From Candidatus Sumerlaeaceae bacterium (GTDB lineage: Bacteria; Sumerlaeota; Sumerlaeia; Sumerlaeales; Sumerlaeaceae): a stretch of 64,000 nucleotides of DNA. The translations under genes and the position numbers were made by a program. This document shows positions 59,335 through 64,000 of this stretch, piece by piece. The notes below the pieces were generated by a model, which worked only from the letters and a program-made list of their open reading frames with translations, was not told the DNA's origin and made no database searches. Within the stretch, counting starts at the first letter, position 1. Every line of letters begins with the position of its first letter. The stretch lies in NCBI GenBank assembly GCA_051003195.1, contig JBPCLP010000017.1, positions 32,001-96,000 on the forward strand, read 5' to 3'.

Positions 59335-59640
59335 TTACGTAACTAATACCCAAAGCTCCAGCTGTTCCAGGCGGGTCTTCCAGCGCGCCTTGAACGCTCG
59401 CATCCAATCGCGGTTTTCGGGGACATTGGGAACGTCGACCACGATACGGACCAAGTTATCGCGATAGAGTACGCCGCCATGTCGCCAGTGCCCCTCCACC
59501 TTTTGAGTTTCGTAACTAGCGGCGCCGAAGCGGTCGACTACTTCAAAGACGGCCTCCGCGATCCACTCGCCGGGAATTTCCCTACCGTCATTCCGCTGAA
59601 GTGGTAGCAGAACCTCGAACCGCCGCCAGCTGCTGGTCAT
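59335..59640 (-). CDS. Hypothetical protein; possible one-base deletion near the 3' end
   Basis: RRFEVLLPLQRNDG...RDNLVRIVVDV; overlaps the upstream ORF. Confidence 0.7.
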   Translation of the reverse strand: MTSSWRRFEVLLPLQRNDGREIPGEWIAEAVFEVVDRFGAASYETQKVEGHWRHGGVLYRDNLVRIVVDVPNVPENRDWMRAFKARWKTRLEQLELWVLVT

Positions 59641-59821
59641 ATGTTGCCTTTCCCTTGGCGGTGAATGGAATGTTCTGGCCGGCTAGAGCTTCCAGGGCGG
59701 CTTCCGGAATGAGATGCTCGCCTGATGCCAATACGCGACCGGAAAATCGCCCAAGCAGGAAAGCCAGCGCTCGCTTTTCAGTTTCGCGGTCAGGGAAAGT
59801 GACGGTAATCATAATTTCCAT
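59588..59821 (-). CDS. Small hypothetical protein, partner of 59335-59640
   Basis: AAGGA SD and ATG; 77 aa. Confidence 0.65.
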   Translation of the reverse strand: MEIMITVTFPDRETEKRALAFLLGRFSGRVLASGEHLIPEAALEALAGQNIPFTAKGKATYDQQLAAVRGSATTSAE

Positions 59822-59863
59822 TACTTCCTTGGCCGCAATTGCTTCATATGCGTAGGCACTGGT

Positions 59864-60538
59864 TTAGCCTGCACCAAGCTCTTGCCATGTTGCGGATGGC
59901 GTGACTTCAGTTTTATCGATACTAAGCTGACTACTAATAATCTCCTGAAGCTCGGTCCACACAAGTTCTGGTATCCACCGCTGCTGCTCATTCCCAGAGG
60001 CTGGCGGAAGTCGCTCTTCGATGAAATTGCGTAATGTGGGTGCTGGAACAGAAATGTATGCGCGGAACGGCATCAGCAGCAGCGGCCACAGAAGAAGCGA
60101 AAAAAATGAGAGGCCAATGACACTCTGCCAATCGATGCCATAGCGAAGTCGAAGGACCGCGGCCAGCGTGATCGTTGTTAGTACTGCCAGCACATTTACG
60201 ATTGGCGAAAACCGCAAGTTATAGAGGGTTATGTCGGCAGATTGCCTGATCTGTTTCCAAACGCGTCGGCGTTGGAAAAACGGCACCAGCTGCCGCAGAT
60301 CCGCATCAGGCCTGATTTGATTTCGTGGCACACCAGCGTGCTGGATCAGAGCTCTGCGGAGCCTGTAGAAAAGCGAGCTGCTCAGGCACATGTCGGGCTT
60401 ACCGACTTTGTCCAGCTGCTTTACGATGAATTCATGTAAGCCGCCCACAGTTGAGAAATCCCCCTCAGCATCATCTGGAATACTTATACTGAACCGCTCT
60501 TCCGCTGCCATAACGATTTCGACAACATCCAGACCCAT
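59864..60538 (-). CDS. Circularly permuted acyl-carrier-protein-like membrane protein
   Basis: N-terminal MGLDVVEIVMAAEERFSISIPD (ACP helices II-IV), central TM pair, C-terminal LQEIISSQLSIDKTEVTPSATWQELG (ACP helix I and loop). Confidence 0.7.
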   Translation of the reverse strand: MGLDVVEIVMAAEERFSISIPDDAEGDFSTVGGLHEFIVKQLDKVGKPDMCLSSSLFYRLRRALIQHAGVPRNQIRPDADLRQLVPFFQRRRVWKQIRQSADITLYNLRFSPIVNVLAVLTTITLAAVLRLRYGIDWQSVIGLSFFSLLLWPLLLMPFRAYISVPAPTLRNFIEERLPPASGNEQQRWIPELVWTELQEIISSQLSIDKTEVTPSATWQELGAG

Positions 60539-60547
60539 TCCCGTGCC

Positions 60548-62035
60548 TCACGGAAGGCGTTGGCTTCTGACTCTTTGCAGGTCGTTTCTGTTGTTGTTCA
60601 TCTGAGCCGAAAGCTCAGCATTTCGACCATGCATCTGCTGCAATTGCTTGCGGACAGTTGCCGGTGCAGGCCCACCCGCGTGCTTTTTACGAGACGCAAT
60701 CTGCGCGGGTGATCCTACGTTCAGCCGCAGCTTCTTTGCGCCAGCTTCTGCCGCCAGCTTCTTCATAATTCTAATGTCGATTGCACCCTGCCCTTCACTC
60801 AGCTTCACGGCCCGGCTGGTGATCTCGTAAGAGGTGCGGAAGGGGAGTCCGCTTTCCTGCGCGAGTGCGTCGGCCACGTCCACCGCGTTCACAAAATTCT
60901 CGCGCGCGGACTGCTCTGCCCGCTCCGCGTTCACCTTCAGCGTCTTAAATACACCGGCAAAAATTACCGGCGCGTCCTGCACTTCATCGAACAGGTCGAG
61001 GATCAGGTACTTCGTCCATTGCGTGTCGCGATTATATCCCGACAGCGCTCCGCGCGCGATGCCAAACAACGACGATGTCAGGTTCTGCACCAGCGTCGCC
61101 TTCGCACGCGTCACCTCTGCAAAATCCGGGTTTCGCTTTTGTGGCATGATGGAAGAGCCAGTCACGTAACGGTCGGCAATCTCGATGATCCCGAACTGTG
61201 GCGTGCTGAGCAGGATGAGGTCCTGTGCGATGATGCTCAGGTGCGTCATCGCGAACTCAACCGCGCATGCAGCATCCGCCTCCATCTCCCACCGGTTCGT
61301 GATGCAATCCAGCGTGTTCTCCTGCACCGCTCGGAATCCCAGCAGCTTTGCCGTGTACGCGCGGTCGATTGGCCATGACGTGCCGAAACTCGCCGCCGCC
61401 CCCAGCGGGCAGACGTTCACGCGTTCGTAACTTGCCATCACCCGCTCGAGATCGCGCAACAGCGCCTGCGCATACGACGCGAACCAGTGTCCCATCGTCG
61501 TGACGCTCGCTGGCTGGTAGTGGGTGTAACCTGCAACGGACACATCTACCAACTTCTCCGCTGCACGCAAAATCTGCTCAATCAACTCCGCCAGCGCCAC
61601 GCCAAAGTGCAGCAGCCGGTCACGCACAAACATCCGAACCACTGTCGTCGTCTGGTCGTTGCGGCTGCGCCCCGTGTGCATCGTGCCCGAGAAATCAGCC
61701 CCAACGAACTCCGCCACAAAGTGTTCGATGTTCGTGTGGATGTCTTCCTTGTCCGGGTTCAGCCGAAACTTGCCGGACTTCATCCGTCGTTCCAGCTCGT
61801 TCAGGCCGCGCGAGATATTCTTCGCCACCGCCGGCGTGATGATCTTCTGCTTTGCCAGCATAGCCACGTGGGCACGGTTCTGCCACAGGTCAAACGGCGC
61901 CAGCACCGCGTCGGCCATAGGCCGCTCGGAAACATCACGCCCCGCACAATAAGCAATATTGCGCATCTCAGGCGATTCCTTCAGCCGCTCACCCCAGAAC
62001 TGCTGTTTGGATTGTTTGACTGGTTTCTTAGCCAT
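60548..62035 (-). CDS. argH: Argininosuccinate lyase
   Basis: EDIH, HTGRSRNDQ, GYTHYQPA, TGSSIMPQKRNPD, GYNRD. Confidence 0.93.
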   Translation of the reverse strand: MAKKPVKQSKQQFWGERLKESPEMRNIAYCAGRDVSERPMADAVLAPFDLWQNRAHVAMLAKQKIITPAVAKNISRGLNELERRMKSGKFRLNPDKEDIHTNIEHFVAEFVGADFSGTMHTGRSRNDQTTTVVRMFVRDRLLHFGVALAELIEQILRAAEKLVDVSVAGYTHYQPASVTTMGHWFASYAQALLRDLERVMASYERVNVCPLGAAASFGTSWPIDRAYTAKLLGFRAVQENTLDCITNRWEMEADAACAVEFAMTHLSIIAQDLILLSTPQFGIIEIADRYVTGSSIMPQKRNPDFAEVTRAKATLVQNLTSSLFGIARGALSGYNRDTQWTKYLILDLFDEVQDAPVIFAGVFKTLKVNAERAEQSARENFVNAVDVADALAQESGLPFRTSYEITSRAVKLSEGQGAIDIRIMKKLAAEAGAKKLRLNVGSPAQIASRKKHAGGPAPATVRKQLQQMHGRNAELSAQMNNNRNDLQRVRSQRLP

Positions 62036-62119
62036 GGGCGGCTCTTGCTTCGTACGAGCAGTTCATCGCCGCAAGGGACATATAGGACCTGCTCACGCCA
62101 TCGTTCCTGCCGGCGGCGA

Positions 62120-63091
62120 TCAACCTGCGGAACTCCGAAAGTACTCCGCCACCTGCTCCACGATCTGCTCAATCGTGTACTTCGGTTGATATCTGATCAG
62201 CGCCTTCAACTTACCTAAATCGGGCACCCGTCGTGCTAAATCCTCGAAGTTCGAATCGTATGCCTGCTCAAAGGGAATCAGCTGCAGTTCACTTCCGCTG
62301 CCTGTTTTCTCAATAATCAGCTTCGCCAGATCACGCATCGTGATTTCCCGATCATTACCGACATTATACACCTGGCCCTCTGCCTCGGGTGCATCCATCA
62401 GCGCGATCAGCGCTCCCACCACATCGCTCACATGAGCAAACGCGCGCGACTGCGAGCCATCGCCATACACCGTGATCGGCTCATTGCGCAATGCCTGCTG
62501 CACAAACCGGGGGATTACCATGCCGTACTGCCCGGTCTGCCGCGGCCCCACCGTATTGAACAGCCGCACAATCACCACCGGCGTTTTCTGCTCGTTGTGA
62601 TAAGCCAGCGCCAGGAACTCATCAATCGCCTTGCTGCACGCGTACGCCCAGCGCGGGCGTGTGGTCGAACCAAATACAAGGTCATCGCCCTCGCTGAAAG
62701 GGACTTTCGTGCTCTTCCCGTAAATCTCGCTTGTCGAAGTAATCAGCACCTTCTTCGCCTTCCGGGCCACCAGGTTCATCACAATCTCGGTTCCGCGGAT
62801 GTTGGTCTCAATGGTGCGAACTGGTTTCTCCACGATCAGCCTCACGCCCACCGCCGCCGCAAGGTGCCACACCCGATCCGCTCGGTCGACAAGCTCCGCC
62901 ATGAGTGGAACATCCATGATCGTGCCGATGTGGTATTTGAATCCCGGATGCGCTTTGCATCCATCGAGGTTTCGGATTGCGCCGGTCGACAAGTCGTCTA
63001 CCACGGTCACTTCCTCGCCTCGTGCGAGCAGCGCTTCAGACAGGTGCGAGCCGATAAATCCCGCACCGCCCGTGATCAGGTGATGCGTCAC
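62120..63091 (-). CDS. NAD-dependent nucleotide-sugar epimerase/dehydratase
   Basis: TGGAGFIGSHL, STSEIYG, YACSK, RLFNTVGPRQ. Confidence 0.93.
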   Translation of the reverse strand: MTHHLITGGAGFIGSHLSEALLARGEEVTVVDDLSTGAIRNLDGCKAHPGFKYHIGTIMDVPLMAELVDRADRVWHLAAAVGVRLIVEKPVRTIETNIRGTEIVMNLVARKAKKVLITSTSEIYGKSTKVPFSEGDDLVFGSTTRPRWAYACSKAIDEFLALAYHNEQKTPVVIVRLFNTVGPRQTGQYGMVIPRFVQQALRNEPITVYGDGSQSRAFAHVSDVVGALIALMDAPEAEGQVYNVGNDREITMRDLAKLIIEKTGSGSELQLIPFEQAYDSNFEDLARRVPDLGKLKALIRYQPKYTIEQIVEQVAEYFRSSAG

Positions 63092-63405
63092 AGCCGCGGC
63101 GTCGTTCCGCTGACGGTACCCTGCGCCGCATCAACCGCGCGTCGCGTGTTCGCCTCGATATCGAGAACGACGTGGATAATTTCCGACGCGGCGATCAACA
63201 GCAACGCATAGCCAAATCCGGTAATCAACTGAAGCGCCGCGGCAAGGATGACTTCGGTAAGGTCCGTGGCAACGCGGCCCTGGAACAAAGTACGACCCGC
63301 TGAAAACAGCGCACCCAGGATGCCAACATACCCGAGCAGCTTCAACAAAAATGAAATCAGCGGCAGTGCCGCGTAGCGCGATGTGATTCGATTCGTTCTG
63401 GCCAT
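63088..63405 (-). CDS. Small 2-TM hypothetical protein
   Basis: RYAAL...two hydrophobic helices...DIEANTRR; overlaps the epimerase start. Confidence 0.7.
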   Translation of the reverse strand: MARTNRITSRYAALPLISFLLKLLGYVGILGALFSAGRTLFQGRVATDLTEVILAAALQLITGFGYALLLIAASEIIHVVLDIEANTRRAVDAAQGTVSGTTPRL

Positions 63406-63550
63406 GGTTTTAGTCTGGGCGTTTAGTGTGTGTGCCGAACTCGGCAATGGCTACGGAAAAATGCAGCCGCTGAAACTACGCGAAATGCGTTTCAGGCAGC
63501 TTCAGTTTCTAATATCATTTTCAGATTCCGCCTGTTTATCCTTTCAGCCT

Positions 63551-64000
63551 ATGAGCGAATGGCTGGAGCAGGGACAACTGAAGCGGAACAGAATTTGGTA
63601 CCCGCTGCTGCAGGCCATCCTGGTTTTCTGGGCACTTGGCCTCGTTGTATATTTTGAGCACAAAGAGGGGCTTTTCAACTGGCAATGGCTTGAAGCGCCC
63701 GCTTCGAAAGGCTTTTTCCGGGATCTTGGCATGCCAGATCCCCGCTTTGCTCCCTCCGAACGGGCTGGCGGATTTGTTGCCATCCTGAAGAACGCGACTG
63801 GTCCGTACTCCTTCAACTTCTCAAACATTCCCGTTCTCGATCTTGCCGTGTCGATCATCATGATCCTCATGTATCTGGCGCTCGGCTGGCTGATAATCGA
63901 TTGTTTCGAAGTCTACTTTCCGCTGTTCGCAAAAGGATGTCTGGCACTCACAGTCGGCTGCGGGATATTCGGCATCATCGGTGAATTAGTCGGTATGCTG
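63551..64000 (+). CDS. Hypothetical membrane protein; partial, runs off the window end
   Basis: Open frame from ATG at 63551 (MSEWLEQGQLKRNRIWYPLLQAILVFWALG...) to the edge; 3 hydrophobic segments. Confidence 0.65.
   Translation, partial: MSEWLEQGQLKRNRIWYPLLQAILVFWALGLVVYFEHKEGLFNWQWLEAPASKGFFRDLGMPDPRFAPSERAGGFVAILKNATGPYSFNFSNIPVLDLAVSIIMILMYLALGWLIIDCFEVYFPLFAKGCLALTVGCGIFGIIGELVGML

Overview
Bacterial chromosome segment with moderately high GC. The lineage cannot be fixed from sequence alone; a PVC-like or candidate phylum such as Sumerlaeota/BRC1 is only a guess. It is dominated by the ribosomal superoperon: tuf-S10-spc-secY-adk-map (7956-22426) and infA-rpmJ-rpsM-rpsK-rpsD-rpoA-rplQ (50176-54281). 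About 27.7 kb of unrelated genes separates the two blocks: a NUDIX/glycosyltransferase/Maf cluster, a GldA/F/G-like ABC system, recF, a UbiA prenyltransferase, dacB, murD, purH, a two-gene microcompartment satellite locus and a D-aminoacylase. The left end holds a YtrA-type GntR/ABC operon, an AbrB-PIN TA pair, rpsB with its leader, and tmk. The right end holds a four-helix-bundle cassette, several TA modules, a permuted ACP-like protein, argH and an epimerase. The most notable signals are: (1) a roughly 400-nt multi-domain structured non-coding region where rpsL-rpsG-fusA would normally precede tuf; (2) a four-helix-bundle gene bracketed by a 29-bp duplication of the alpha-operon terminator and by 9-nt periodic repeats; (3) a REP-like palindrome inserted and expanded in frame inside a gene; (4) an A9 frameshift in adk; (5) an apparent ATT start for tmk; (6) foreign small genes inside the S10 and alpha operons; (7) structured leaders before infA and the gld-like operon. 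No rRNA, tRNA, CRISPR array, integrase or transposase was seen.
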